64,000 nucleotides of DNA, from NCBI GenBank assembly GCA_964648765.1, contig CAZYLF010000001.1, positions 229,797-293,796 on the forward strand, read 5' to 3'. The stretch is from an uncultured Candidatus Saccharibacteria bacterium. Lineage in GTDB: Bacteria; Patescibacteriota; Minisyncoccia; Phycocordibacterales; JACOZG01. Numbering within the stretch: the stretch's first letter is position 1; the number at the start of each line of letters is the position of its first letter. The position numbers and the translations under genes were made by a program. The notes beneath the pieces were generated by a model. The model saw only the letters and a list, made by a program, of their open reading frames with translations, searched no databases and was not told the DNA's origin. Shown piece by piece: positions 1 through 9,181 of the stretch.

Positions 1-413
1 TACTACCCAACAAAACTTGTTATGAAAACATTGCGTTTACAATGGAGGCGGCTGGCCGGAGTGAAAATGAGATTCGTACTGACGTGCCTCACGTGCTTGA
101 GTTGGTGGGGCTTGGCGACAAGGCTTGGAATTTCCCTAGTGAATTGTCGGGGGGTGAGAAGCAACGTTTAGCTTTAGCCCGCTCGATTGTTAATCAGCCG
201 GATCTCTTAATTGCAGACGAACCCACTGGTAATCTCGATCCAGTCAATACTTTTGAGGTAATTCAGATTTTTAAAAAAATTAATGAGATTGGCACAACGA
301 TTATTTTAACTACTCATAATAAAAATGTGATTGATTCTTTGGGTAAGAGAGTACTGACTATGGAGAATGGCAAAGTGGTAAGAGATGACGCCAATGGGCG
401 TTATGTACTATAA
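1..413 (+). CDS. ftsE: Cell division ATP-binding protein FtsE (5'-truncated by window edge)
   Basis: The frame stays open to position 3. It carries the ABC signature LSGGEKQRLALAR, the Walker B motif LLIADEPTGNLD and an H-loop. An FtsX gene lies immediately downstream. Confidence 0.85.
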   Translation, partial: LPNKTCYENIAFTMEAAGRSENEIRTDVPHVLELVGLGDKAWNFPSELSGGEKQRLALARSIVNQPDLLIADEPTGNLDPVNTFEVIQIFKKINEIGTTIILTTHNKNVIDSLGKRVLTMENGKVVRDDANGRYVL

Positions 414-422
414 TTAGAACTT

Positions 423-1346
423 ATGTTTTTCACCAATATTAAAAGAGTTATAAAAGCTGGGTTAATAAATTTTTGGCGTAATGGCAGCGTGTCGCTTGCT
501 TCTGTTGTTGTGATCACCATCACTCTTTTTGTTATCGGTTCTATTTTGGCAAGTCGAGCTTTCCTTGTTTCATCTTTGGATGATTTAAAAAGTAAAGTTG
601 ATATCAGTGTTTCTTTCTTACCACAAGTGGAGGAGAGTGTGGTTGAACAGTTTAAACAAGAGATCAGTCTACTCCCTGAGGTTAAGGAAGTCACAATGAG
701 CACTCGTGAGGAGGAACTAACTGATTTTAAAGATCGGAATAAAGACAATGCCCTGATTTTGCAATCACTTGAGGAGGTGGGTAATCCTTTTGGTGCACGG
801 ATAAATATTGTGGCCAATGATCCATCTCAGTACGAAAGTATCGTCAAATTTCTCAATACTAAAGATGACAGTGCTTTAGCGGGAACAAATAAAAATTTAA
901 TTGATGATGTGAGTTTTAAAAAAGATAGCGCTGAAAAGTTGATCAAGATTATTAATATGAGCGAGCGGATGGGTTTGGCGGTCAGTTTGATTTTGGTATT
1001 TATGTCGGTGATCGTAACCTTTAATACAATTGCTTTGGCCATCTACGTTTCTCGTGAGGAAATTGGCGTGATGCGACTGGTGGGAGCAGATGATACTTAC
1101 ATTCGTGGCCCATTCGTGATTGAAGGAGCACTTTCGGGTTTAATTGGAGCCTTTTTAGCTCAGGGGATGCTGTATCCAGCCACACTTTGGGTGCGTAATG
1201 TGACGGCTGGTGTTTATGGAGGTTTAGATCTTTTGGCGTATTATCTGGTAAATTTTGTCCCACTATTTTTCACCTTACTTGTTATCGGAATATTTTTAGG
1301 CGTGGCGGCCAGTTTCTTGGCAGTAAGGCGCCACCTAAAGATATAA
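423..1346 (+). CDS. ftsX: Cell division permease FtsX
   Basis: 307 aa with one N-terminal TM segment, a periplasmic domain and three C-terminal TM helices typical of FtsX. It is adjacent to ftsE. Confidence 0.8.
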   Translation: MFFTNIKRVIKAGLINFWRNGSVSLASVVVITITLFVIGSILASRAFLVSSLDDLKSKVDISVSFLPQVEESVVEQFKQEISLLPEVKEVTMSTREEELTDFKDRNKDNALILQSLEEVGNPFGARINIVANDPSQYESIVKFLNTKDDSALAGTNKNLIDDVSFKKDSAEKLIKIINMSERMGLAVSLILVFMSVIVTFNTIALAIYVSREEIGVMRLVGADDTYIRGPFVIEGALSGLIGAFLAQGMLYPATLWVRNVTAGVYGGLDLLAYYLVNFVPLFFTLLVIGIFLGVAASFLAVRRHLKI

Positions 1347-1353
1347 AATTAAT

Positions 1354-2988
1354 ATGCCGGCACACAAATACATTTTCGTAATCGGGGGAGTGATGTCGGG
1401 GGTTGGTAAAGGAGTCAGCGCCTCGTCGATCGGGAAAATTTTAAAAGCTCGTGGTTTCAAGGTCAATCCCATGAAGATTGACCCTTATTTAAACGTTGAT
1501 GCCGGCACCATGAATCCGGTGGAACATGGCGAGGTCTTCGTGCTCGATTCTGGTCTTGAGTGCGATCAGGACATGGGGAATTATGAAAGGTTTTTAGACA
1601 TTTCCGTGCCGGCAGAGAATTATATGACGAGTGGAATGGTGTACAAACATGTGATTGATAAGGAGCGGGCGCTTGGTTACGGTGGCAAATGTGTGGATCC
1701 AATTCCTGCTTTGCCTGATGAAATTATGCGCCGTATCGCGCTATCAGTGAACAAAACTAAAACCGATATTTCAGTAATTGAAGTTGGTGGTACAGCGGGG
1801 GAATATCAAAATGCCATCTTTTTTGAATCTGCAAGAATTTTGAAATTACGTCACCCGGATGACGTAATTTTTGTACTCGTGAGTTATCTACCAGTGCCGA
1901 GTAAAATTGGTGAGATGAAGACTAAGCCGACACAATACGCCGTGCGCACATTAAACTCTTACGGCATCCACCCAGATATAATTATTGCTCGTAGCGATAG
2001 GCCGCTTGATAATAAACGCAAAGAGAAGTTAGCCTTCTCGAGTAACGTGCGGGTGGAGAGTATTATTTCGGCGCCGGATATTGATAGCATTTATGATATT
2101 CCAATAAATTTTGAGAAAGATGGTTTGAGCGACACGGTTTTAAAATTATTGAAGACTAAACCAAAAACCACTGATCTTAAAGATTGGCGGCGCGCTTCCG
2201 AGCGGATTAAGAATGCTACTGATGAGGTAAAGATTGGAATTGTGGGTAAATACTTTAAAACTGGTGACTTCATACTTTCGGATGTTTACATTTCTGTTAT
2301 TGAATCGCTCAAGCATGCCTCGGGTAAACTAAATAAAAAGCTAAAAATCACTTGGCTAGATGCTGGTGACTACGAAGTCGAAAATGTTGATCTGAATTAT
2401 CTGAAACAATATGACGGTATTTTGGTACCAGGCGGATTTGGTAATCGGGGAGTGGTGGGGATAAAGAAGGTGATCAAGTTTGCTAGAGAAAATAAGATTC
2501 CTTATTTTGGTCTTTGTTATGGTATGCAACTCGCAGTTGTGGAATTCGCCGAGAACGTGCTCGGGCTTAAAGGTGCGAACACTGTGGAGATTGATCCTAA
2601 AACTCCATATCCAATCATTGATGAAATGCTTGAGCAAAAAGAATTAATTAAAAATAAAAATTATGGTGGCACGATGCGCCTCGGCGCCTACCCATGTGTG
2701 CTTAAGCCAAAAACTTTAGCTTATAAAGCCTATCAAGCCGATAAAATTAGTGAACGCCACCGCCATCGTTATGAGGTGAATAATGCTTATATTGAACAAT
2801 TAGAAAGTGGTGGCCTAATTTTCTCTGGTACTTCACCAAATGGCAAATTGATGGAAATCGCCGAACTCCCCACCAGTGTCCACCCCTTTTTCCTCGGCGT
2901 GCAATTCCATCCCGAATTTAAATCTACCCTTTTAAACCCTCACCCACTTTTCCTCGCTTTTATTAAAGCCTCTTCAAATAAAAAATAA
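1354..2988 (+). CDS. pyrG: CTP synthase
   Basis: 544 aa. The N-terminus KYIFVIGGVMSGVGKG is the PyrG P-loop, and the C-terminal GATase domain has GLCYGMQ and HRHRYEVN. Confidence 0.95.
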   Translation: MPAHKYIFVIGGVMSGVGKGVSASSIGKILKARGFKVNPMKIDPYLNVDAGTMNPVEHGEVFVLDSGLECDQDMGNYERFLDISVPAENYMTSGMVYKHVIDKERALGYGGKCVDPIPALPDEIMRRIALSVNKTKTDISVIEVGGTAGEYQNAIFFESARILKLRHPDDVIFVLVSYLPVPSKIGEMKTKPTQYAVRTLNSYGIHPDIIIARSDRPLDNKRKEKLAFSSNVRVESIISAPDIDSIYDIPINFEKDGLSDTVLKLLKTKPKTTDLKDWRRASERIKNATDEVKIGIVGKYFKTGDFILSDVYISVIESLKHASGKLNKKLKITWLDAGDYEVENVDLNYLKQYDGILVPGGFGNRGVVGIKKVIKFARENKIPYFGLCYGMQLAVVEFAENVLGLKGANTVEIDPKTPYPIIDEMLEQKELIKNKNYGGTMRLGAYPCVLKPKTLAYKAYQADKISERHRHRYEVNNAYIEQLESGGLIFSGTSPNGKLMEIAELPTSVHPFFLGVQFHPEFKSTLLNPHPLFLAFIKASSNKK

Positions 2989-2989
2989 A

Positions 2990-3030
2990 AAGACCCCGCG
3001 AACAAAAGTTCGCGGGGTGTTAGTTTTTTG
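2990..3030. terminator. Bidirectional intrinsic terminator (10-bp GC stem CCCCGCGAAC/GTTCGCGGGG)
   Basis: A perfect hairpin at 2994-3017 is flanked by an A-run upstream and a T-run downstream. It sits between the convergent pyrG gene and the AAA-CYTH gene. Confidence 0.6.
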
Positions 3031-3036
3031 CTTTAA

Positions 3037-4179
3037 TCAATCGTACGGTAACGCTGTATTTTTTGGTGGTCCAAATCGAGAGAGCTGATAGTTTGAGTAT
3101 CTGTCGTCGCCGGTGACTTCCTTACCTATGTCTAACCAAGGAGGTAAAACAATTGGTGCAGAGATATCAGAAACTTCAGCTTCGAGCAAAATTAAACCAT
3201 CGAGTTCAGGGTCCTTACTTACAAAATGATCAAGTTCAAAACGTTGATCACCCAAAATAAAGCAAACTCGAATTTTGGCGATCGGTGAGCAGTCAGGATC
3301 TTTTCGATTTAAGTAATACTCATACTCATTGCGGCCGATTCGCCACTCCTCCTCATCGCGTATACCGAGTGACACTTTTCGCTTTATTGTGCGAAAATAT
3401 AATCCCACTCCTTTGTATGACCAAAGTCTCACTCGCTCTTCATCACCCTCATTACTTGGAAGAAGATAATGTTGCTTGATCTGAATAACTTCATAGTGAA
3501 CAGGAAAGTTATCAAAATCGGGCAGAGAATTTACTTTCCATTTTCGTTCTTTTTCAAGTGGTTTTGGGATTCCGATGATGTTGCAAACATGGTCAAGCGT
3601 TTTTTTGTACTTAAGCTCAAAATCATCTTCAGCTGGAATGATGACGTGATGTGGATGACCACACCAAGCATTTTGTACTTTGGCATCACGCTCACGAGCC
3701 AAACTCTCATTTTCAGTACGTGCCGGATTATTAGCTCGAGTATAGTGAGCCTCAGCACCACAAGCAGCACTGCGTAAGTGGAGTACGGCGTCATAACGAT
3801 TAATCAATTCTCCAACTTCAGTACCAAGCTCACGAGCAATGATCTGAAACTCATGCGGTTCCACATAAGCCAAACAATCAAGAGCCGCACGATCACAAAG
3901 GAGAATGCTTTGTTCACCATCTTTAACCATCTGCTCTAAACTGTGGAGCATAATATCTTCAAGATGAAGAATGGTGGCCAATACTGAATACTGAAAAAAA
4001 GTAATCTTTAACCCCTTCTCGCCAACATTTACTCCGTGGGTTAGCAGTAAAGTGGCCGTTTCCGGCACCAAAACCACACGCACTCCACGCTCACCCAAAA
4101 ACTGGATTAAACGAGTCATTATGGTAGTTTTGCCACCACCAGGGCCGCCAGTAAGCACAATTACTTTAGGTTTTATCAA
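3037..4179 (-). CDS. P-loop ATPase/kinase (AAA_28/NadR-like) fused to C-terminal CYTH (triphosphate tunnel metalloenzyme) domain
   Basis: The start is TTG with an AGGAGGTG RBS. The N-terminus has Walker A VLTGGPGGGKTT. The C-terminal half has EKERKWKV (the CYTH ExExK signature), a later LLEAEV acidic strand and other CYTH-like strands. Confidence 0.6.
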   Translation of the reverse strand: MIKPKVIVLTGGPGGGKTTIMTRLIQFLGERGVRVVLVPETATLLLTHGVNVGEKGLKITFFQYSVLATILHLEDIMLHSLEQMVKDGEQSILLCDRAALDCLAYVEPHEFQIIARELGTEVGELINRYDAVLHLRSAACGAEAHYTRANNPARTENESLARERDAKVQNAWCGHPHHVIIPAEDDFELKYKKTLDHVCNIIGIPKPLEKERKWKVNSLPDFDNFPVHYEVIQIKQHYLLPSNEGDEERVRLWSYKGVGLYFRTIKRKVSLGIRDEEEWRIGRNEYEYYLNRKDPDCSPIAKIRVCFILGDQRFELDHFVSKDPELDGLILLEAEVSDISAPIVLPPWLDIGKEVTGDDRYSNYQLSRFGPPKNTALPYD

Positions 4180-4264
4180 GGTCCACCTCCTATTTAAAGG
4201 CCAAATTTTGTTTCTTTCAAGAAACTCTAACTCGAATATAGTTTAAGGAAGCGCAATTTGCAAG

Positions 4265-4297
4265 CAATAAAAAATCGCGCTCGGGGTGAGCGCGATA
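4265..4297 (-). terminator. Intrinsic terminator downstream of NUDIX gene
   Basis: A 9-bp stem ATCGCGCTC/GAGCGCGAT is followed by a T-run on the minus strand. Confidence 0.5.
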
Positions 4298-4306
4298 ATA
4301 CAAGTG

Positions 4307-4891
4307 TTACATATTCATTAGCAATTTTACCCTTGGATCGTTGACGACACTAAAAAGTTTGATGTCCACTAGTACTCCAGGTGGTGGGTGATGCAGAAAG
4401 TGATCTGCCTTATCTAGTGGAATGCGGAGCACTTCAATATCCTCACCAGTTTCAAGTTTTGGCTCAATCACTTTAACCGCGTTGAGGCCCAAGTAAACCA
4501 CCATTTGGTCTTCAAGTAACCCAGCATTGAACGGTCCCTGAAAGAGTGGCCCTGGCATAATCGTGGCCGTGTAACCCGTTTCCTCAAGCAGTTCTCGCCC
4601 GGCAAGTTCCACCTCACTTTCCCCGGATTGATCCATTAGCCCGGCGCAAAGTTCTATAACCCAAGCCTGGGCGGGCACACGATAAGTTTTGGTGAGGATG
4701 ATCTCACGATCCGCGGTGACTGCGGCCACGGCGACGATTCTTCCGTGTGTTTTACGTTTAACGCATTCCCATAAACCTTTACCTCCGTCTCGTTTATTAA
4801 CAAAACGGCGGCTAACAACTGAAATGAATTTGCCACTGAAAACTGTTTCTTCCTCCGTGACGATAATCGTTGACTCTCTTTGCTCTGGCAC
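4307..4891 (-). CDS. NUDIX hydrolase
   Basis: A Nudix box GX5EX7RELLEETGY is present (GESEVELAGRELLEETGYTA). Confidence 0.8.
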   Translation of the reverse strand: MPEQRESTIIVTEEETVFSGKFISVVSRRFVNKRDGGKGLWECVKRKTHGRIVAVAAVTADREIILTKTYRVPAQAWVIELCAGLMDQSGESEVELAGRELLEETGYTATIMPGPLFQGPFNAGLLEDQMVVYLGLNAVKVIEPKLETGEDIEVLRIPLDKADHFLHHPPPGVLVDIKLFSVVNDPRVKLLMNM

Positions 4892-4968
4892 TTTTTGATC
4901 CTCCTTAAAAAATTATCTCCACAATGAACAACTTTTTGGAGTCTAGCCTAATAGTAAACGCCAGTCAA

Positions 4969-5640
4969 TTATTTAGCGTTATGGATTTCACCGTCAGCGA
5001 GAGTGATCACGCGGTCGGCGAGTTCGGCAAATTCTGGCTCGTGAGTTACCATCACAATTGTTTGGCCGGCTTTGTTTAATTCCACAAAAGCGTTGAGCAC
5101 CACTTTAGAAGTTTCGCTATCTAGGTTAGCCGTAGGCTCATCAGCAAAAATGATTTTAGGATCATGGCCAATCGCGCGAGCAATTGAAACGCGTTGTTGT
5201 TGACCGCCTGAGAGTTGACTGGGGAGGTTAATTAATTTATCACCCAGACCTACGCGTTCCATCGCCTTCTGGGCTTTGGCTGCGGCTTCGCTTTTTGTTA
5301 AGCCTTGCATTAAGAGAGGGATCATCACGTTCTCAAGCGCGGTGAGGGAGGGGATGAGGGCGTAATCTTGGAAAACGTAACCAAGATCCTCAAGGCGCAT
5401 TTGGGTGCGCTCGTTGCTCGATAAATTAGCAGTTTCAATTCCGTCTATCACAATTGACCCAGAGTTTGGTTGATCAAGTAGACCAAGCTGATAAAGTAAA
5501 GTGCTTTTACCAGACCCAGAGCGCCCGGTAACGGCCAAGAATTCTCCAGCTTTAACGTCTAGGCTCACACCTTTAAGCACCACGAGTTCGCTCGAGTCTC
5601 CGCTTTTAAATGATTTAAATAAATTTTTGACTTGGATCAT
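4969..5640 (-). CDS. ABC transporter ATP-binding protein (MacB/LolD-like)
   Basis: Walker A GRSGSGKST, signature LSGGQQQRVSIARA and Walker B IIFADEPT are all present. Confidence 0.9.
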   Translation of the reverse strand: MIQVKNLFKSFKSGDSSELVVLKGVSLDVKAGEFLAVTGRSGSGKSTLLYQLGLLDQPNSGSIVIDGIETANLSSNERTQMRLEDLGYVFQDYALIPSLTALENVMIPLLMQGLTKSEAAAKAQKAMERVGLGDKLINLPSQLSGGQQQRVSIARAIGHDPKIIFADEPTANLDSETSKVVLNAFVELNKAGQTIVMVTHEPEFAELADRVITLADGEIHNAK

Positions 5641-5644
5641 TTTT

Positions 5645-6913
5645 TTATCTGCCCAATATGGCGTCTAAAGTATTTTGCCTCACCACAATTTTAGCAGGGA
5701 TGTAACCGGCAATAACTGTGGCGATCATTAATAATGCAACCCTGATTGCGGTGCCAGCAGCCGTAACCACCAAGATTCCGTCGCTGAAAGGGAAGTTGAT
5801 AGGGTTAGCATCAAAGTATGGCTTAAGTAATCCAAAAATAATTATGAGTCCAAGTGCCGTACCAAGTACACCATAAAAGATTGCTTGAAGCATATAAGAA
5901 AATTCAATGGCGGTGGCGCTAATTCCAATACCTTTTAAGATTCCAATAAACTTTCGGCGGGTGATAGCGTTAACGAAGATGACAATAAAGATGGTGATGG
6001 AGGCCACCGCGAGACCGATGGAACCAATCACATTGCCGAGCAAGGCGAAAGTTAATTTAATATCGTTTAAGAACTTTGGTTCGGCGTCGTCCGCGGTTTG
6101 CACCTTGGCATAGGTGCCCACACCAGAACCTAAGAGTGAAGCTTTAACTTGGTCAGGAGTAAATCCCGGTTTGGCTTTAATGGCAATTTCATCAACGTTA
6201 AAATCTCCACGGCCAATAAGTTGGCGGAATTGGGTATCAACCATAAAGATGCGCTGATCCACTTCACCAACTTTACTTTTGAGTACACCTTTAATAGTAA
6301 CCTCGCGTTTAATATCGCCAATCGCCAGACGGACTTTGGTGCCGGCGCCCACATTCTCAAGTGTGCGATAACTTGGAGTATCAATAGGCGTGTACTTAAA
6401 TAGCAAATCAGCGCCGATCATAATTTGATCAAAATCAGTGCGAGTTAAATATTCACCCTCGATAATATAATCAGCAATACCGGTGACAGCATTTTCTTCT
6501 TCTGGATTTATCCCTGACACTAAACCACCAGCACTTTCGGTGATGTCGGTTTCTCGTAGCTTAGTTTTGTAATTGGCTTCAATTTTGCCGCCTTGGATGT
6601 AGCGACTAGTGAGTTTGTCTACACTTGGTAGGCTTTTGGCTAGATTGATAATGTCTTGGCTGTGCTCAACAAAAGTGCGTTGGCGAAGAGGGGAGATGAT
6701 GACGTCTGAAGTGTAGCGGCCCTTGTTTGCCTCTACCGAACCCTCAATTAAGCCCACTAAAATTCCGCTAATCACTACTAAGTTTAAAAAAGTGATGGTC
6801 ATCACGAAGATGATGAGCAGGGTTGTCCAGATGTTAGCGCGACGGATGTCGCGGAAGGCCAAAAATGTGCCCACTTTGAGCGAGGTGAGATAATTACTTG
6901 TTGACCTTTTCAT
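5645..6913 (-). CDS. ABC transporter permease, FtsX/MacB-like
   Basis: 422 aa with an N-terminal TM, a large periplasmic domain and a C-terminal three-helix FtsX-like domain. It shares an operon with the ATPase above. Confidence 0.8.
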   Translation of the reverse strand: MKRSTSNYLTSLKVGTFLAFRDIRRANIWTTLLIIFVMTITFLNLVVISGILVGLIEGSVEANKGRYTSDVIISPLRQRTFVEHSQDIINLAKSLPSVDKLTSRYIQGGKIEANYKTKLRETDITESAGGLVSGINPEEENAVTGIADYIIEGEYLTRTDFDQIMIGADLLFKYTPIDTPSYRTLENVGAGTKVRLAIGDIKREVTIKGVLKSKVGEVDQRIFMVDTQFRQLIGRGDFNVDEIAIKAKPGFTPDQVKASLLGSGVGTYAKVQTADDAEPKFLNDIKLTFALLGNVIGSIGLAVASITIFIVIFVNAITRRKFIGILKGIGISATAIEFSYMLQAIFYGVLGTALGLIIIFGLLKPYFDANPINFPFSDGILVVTAAGTAIRVALLMIATVIAGYIPAKIVVRQNTLDAILGR

Positions 6914-6935
6914 CCTAATAAACTATCATAGTTCA

Positions 6936-7172
6936 ATGAAAAACGTAACAATTTATAGCACACCTACTTGCCATTATTGCCACGCCGCCAAAGATTTTTT
7001 TAAGGAAAATAATATTACTTTCACAGATAAAGATGTGGTGGTGGATCGCGCTGCTGGTCAGGAGGCGATTAAAAAGTCAGGTCAGATGGGCGTGCCGGTG
7101 ATTGATGTGGATGGAGAAATTGTTATCGGCTTTGATGAAGAAAAGCTCCGAGAACTTTTGGGAGTGAAGTAG
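6936..7172 (+). CDS. Glutaredoxin-like protein (NrdH/Grx family)
   Basis: 78 aa with a CHYC active-site CxxC motif after a beta-strand (IYSTPTCHYCHAAK), indicating a thioredoxin fold. Confidence 0.75.
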   Translation: MKNVTIYSTPTCHYCHAAKDFFKENNITFTDKDVVVDRAAGQEAIKKSGQMGVPVIDVDGEIVIGFDEEKLRELLGVK

Positions 7173-7182
7173 ATTTTTAAAG

Positions 7183-7231
7183 CAAAAAAAGATCCCCGAC
7201 GGCGCGTACGCACCGTCGGGGATTCTCGTTT
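7183..7231. terminator. Bidirectional terminator, copy 1 of the palindromic repeat CCCCGACGG-N10-CCGTCGGGG
   Basis: A hairpin at 7194-7221 has an A-run upstream and a T-rich tract downstream. A near-identical sequence recurs at 8392-8421. Confidence 0.65.
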
Positions 7232-7235
7232 TGCA

Positions 7236-8297
7236 CTAATGGCCAAAAAATCCTCGGCCAAAAGTGTCAGGCATCATGAGGAGCTTAATCCTACGGGCGG
7301 TACAAAGATCAATTACTTTTTGATCATTTTTTGACCCGCTGGTGGTAAAAATCATTTCTACCCCGGCATCAATCAAATGTGCCACGGCATCATTAAATGG
7401 AAAGAATGAGTCGCTATACGCAACGGCACCTCTCATGTGGTGACCGGCGTCTTTTGCGATCATTACCGCAAGTTTAGCTGCCAGCTTCCTGCTTGTTTGC
7501 CCAGAGGCATTGGCGATGATCTGATCGTGCTTGGCAAGTGTGATGGTGTTACTTTTGCTGGTTGATCCAACGGCATAAGCCAGAAGGGCGTTTTTCATCA
7601 TATGTGGCTCAATCTTATCTACGCTGTGGTCAACGATTTCTGACATCATCCCTGGAATTGGGATAAAAGTAAAATTATCCTGCATCAATACTCCACCACG
7701 AACATGGCGAAGAAGACATTCTCGGTCTAAACTCTCCCGACTTAAATTCCGCAATGCTTCATTTTTGGCTAGTCTGGGACGTTTACCTGATTTGCTCTCA
7801 AGAATTTGTAGCACCTCGTCTCGGTCTTCAAAATCTGGAGCCACAACACATGAAAGCATTTTAGCTGCGCTCAAAGCCCTGGCCTCTTTTGGCGTGACTG
7901 TGAAGTTACAAATTACTCCACCACCAAAGATTGCTTCGCGGTCACCACTTAGCATGTGCCAGATTGCATCATACGCTTCGTGCGCTATGCCAGCTCCGCA
8001 CACAGTGCTATGCTTGGCACCTACGCAGATCAGTGGCATGGCATTGTAATTTGCATGCATCACAGCTCCAATTGTGGCGACGGTGCGTACCAGTGCATCA
8101 TGTTGGCATATGTCGTTGTACCCTAACGTCTCAAGACTGGGATGAAAAAGAAACTTACAAAACGAAAGTGGATCGTCATTTTCTCCTTCCGTTTCAAGAT
8201 GGAGAGTGGCCTGTTGTCGAGGGTTCTCACCGTATTTTAGTTTATGGGTTTTCCACCCCGGCTGAACCAACGTATGACCTTTTTCTTCATCTGCCAT
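7236..8297 (-). CDS. Stand-alone AICAR transformylase domain protein (PurH C-terminal domain homologue)
   Basis: The KYGENPRQ motif matches PurH LRYGENPHQ. The C-terminus SDSFFPFNDAV...GVEMIFTTSGSKNDQKVIDLC...RGFFGH matches the PurH C-terminus. No IMP cyclohydrolase (MGS) domain is present. GC content is visibly higher than in neighbouring genes. Confidence 0.7.
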   Translation of the reverse strand: MADEEKGHTLVQPGWKTHKLKYGENPRQQATLHLETEGENDDPLSFCKFLFHPSLETLGYNDICQHDALVRTVATIGAVMHANYNAMPLICVGAKHSTVCGAGIAHEAYDAIWHMLSGDREAIFGGGVICNFTVTPKEARALSAAKMLSCVVAPDFEDRDEVLQILESKSGKRPRLAKNEALRNLSRESLDRECLLRHVRGGVLMQDNFTFIPIPGMMSEIVDHSVDKIEPHMMKNALLAYAVGSTSKSNTITLAKHDQIIANASGQTSRKLAAKLAVMIAKDAGHHMRGAVAYSDSFFPFNDAVAHLIDAGVEMIFTTSGSKNDQKVIDLCTARRIKLLMMPDTFGRGFFGH

Positions 8298-8382
8298 CCT
8301 TATTACCTCCTCAAGAGTTAAAGACCGTATTAGGCATACAATGCCTATCTTCGCTCAGGCTAGCAAAAATCACAATTTTTTA

Positions 8383-8422
8383 CAAAAAAATCCCCCGACG
8401 GCGCGTACGCGCCGTCGGGGGA
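8383..8422 (-). terminator. Terminator, copy 2 of the palindromic repeat (perfect 13-bp stem CCCCCGACGGCGC/GCGCCGTCGGGGG)
   Basis: A perfect palindrome at 8392-8421 is followed by a T-run on the minus strand. It lies downstream of the 8436-8750 gene and upstream of the AICARFT gene. Confidence 0.55.
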
Positions 8423-8435
8423 TTGTGTCATCGGC

Positions 8436-8750
8436 CTAGTGGGCCGCAACTATCTGCTTTATGAGTTTGGAAAGTTGGTGGCAGATTTCATCTGTGGTTT
8501 CTTCGGGCATCGCTTTGAGCACCGGCTCAAGGGTTAGGCGGATACGGTGTATCAACCAGAGGGTTTCAGGATCGCCACCGCTTGTGCGATCCTCAAAGTG
8601 TTCTGGCATCTCAAAATACGAAGACAACATTCCCAGAAACAAGCATGCCTTTTTGATATTTGCTGGTAAGGCAAGCAGCTTCCTCATGTGCACATCATAC
8701 TCATCCAACGTCATACCACTTCGTTCTTCTGCCATTACAATTTCCCCCAA
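8436..8750 (-). CDS. Hypothetical protein
   Basis: A 104-aa ORF with a terminator immediately downstream. I recognise no motif. Confidence 0.4.
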   Translation of the reverse strand: MGEIVMAEERSGMTLDEYDVHMRKLLALPANIKKACLFLGMLSSYFEMPEHFEDRTSGGDPETLWLIHRIRLTLEPVLKAMPEETTDEICHQLSKLIKQIVAAH

Positions 8751-8821
8751 AATCGTTAATGTTCTATTGATGCGACGATCGCACCTTCTAAAAATAAAGC
8801 TTAGCCTTTATCTGGAGGAAG

Positions 8822-9181
8822 TCAAATTTTATGATCATTTACTTCTGGCCCGGCAAGTAAGTGAAGATGGAGGTGAGGCACACGCAAAAAATTCCCCGCG
8901 TTGAAGATCAGTTTAAAATCACTGATACTTTTTTCTATTGCGAGTTTGGCGGCGGTTAAGTTTAGCTTTCCAATTATCTCTGCATCCTCGTTGTTTGCCT
9001 CAGTGATAGAAACTATTAATTTTTTAGGAATGATTAACCAATGGGTAGAGGCAGCAGGGAACTTACTTTTAATTACGATCAAATCATTGTCTTCATAAAT
9101 AAATTCCGCCGGTTCCTCCTTATCAATAATTTTTTGGAATATCGTTTTCATAATTCTATTTAAAATCATGGCTATCGCCAC
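8822..9181 (-). CDS. HIT family (histidine triad) protein
   Basis: The histidine triad HLHLHLL lies near the C-terminus. Confidence 0.8.
   Translation of the reverse strand: MAIAMILNRIMKTIFQKIIDKEEPAEFIYEDNDLIVIKSKFPAASTHWLIIPKKLIVSITEANNEDAEIIGKLNLTAAKLAIEKSISDFKLIFNAGNFLRVPHLHLHLLAGPEVNDHKI

Noticed and set aside
401-1042. Minus-strand ORFs (401-817, 827-1042) antisense to ftsX
   Set aside because: They lie entirely inside a well-supported FtsX coding region and have low-complexity translations, so they are shadow ORFs.
7765-8464. Plus-strand ORFs of 94-177 aa overlapping the AICARFT gene
   Set aside because: They are antisense to a gene with strong homology signals, and the elevated GC of this gene naturally produces long spurious reverse-strand ORFs.
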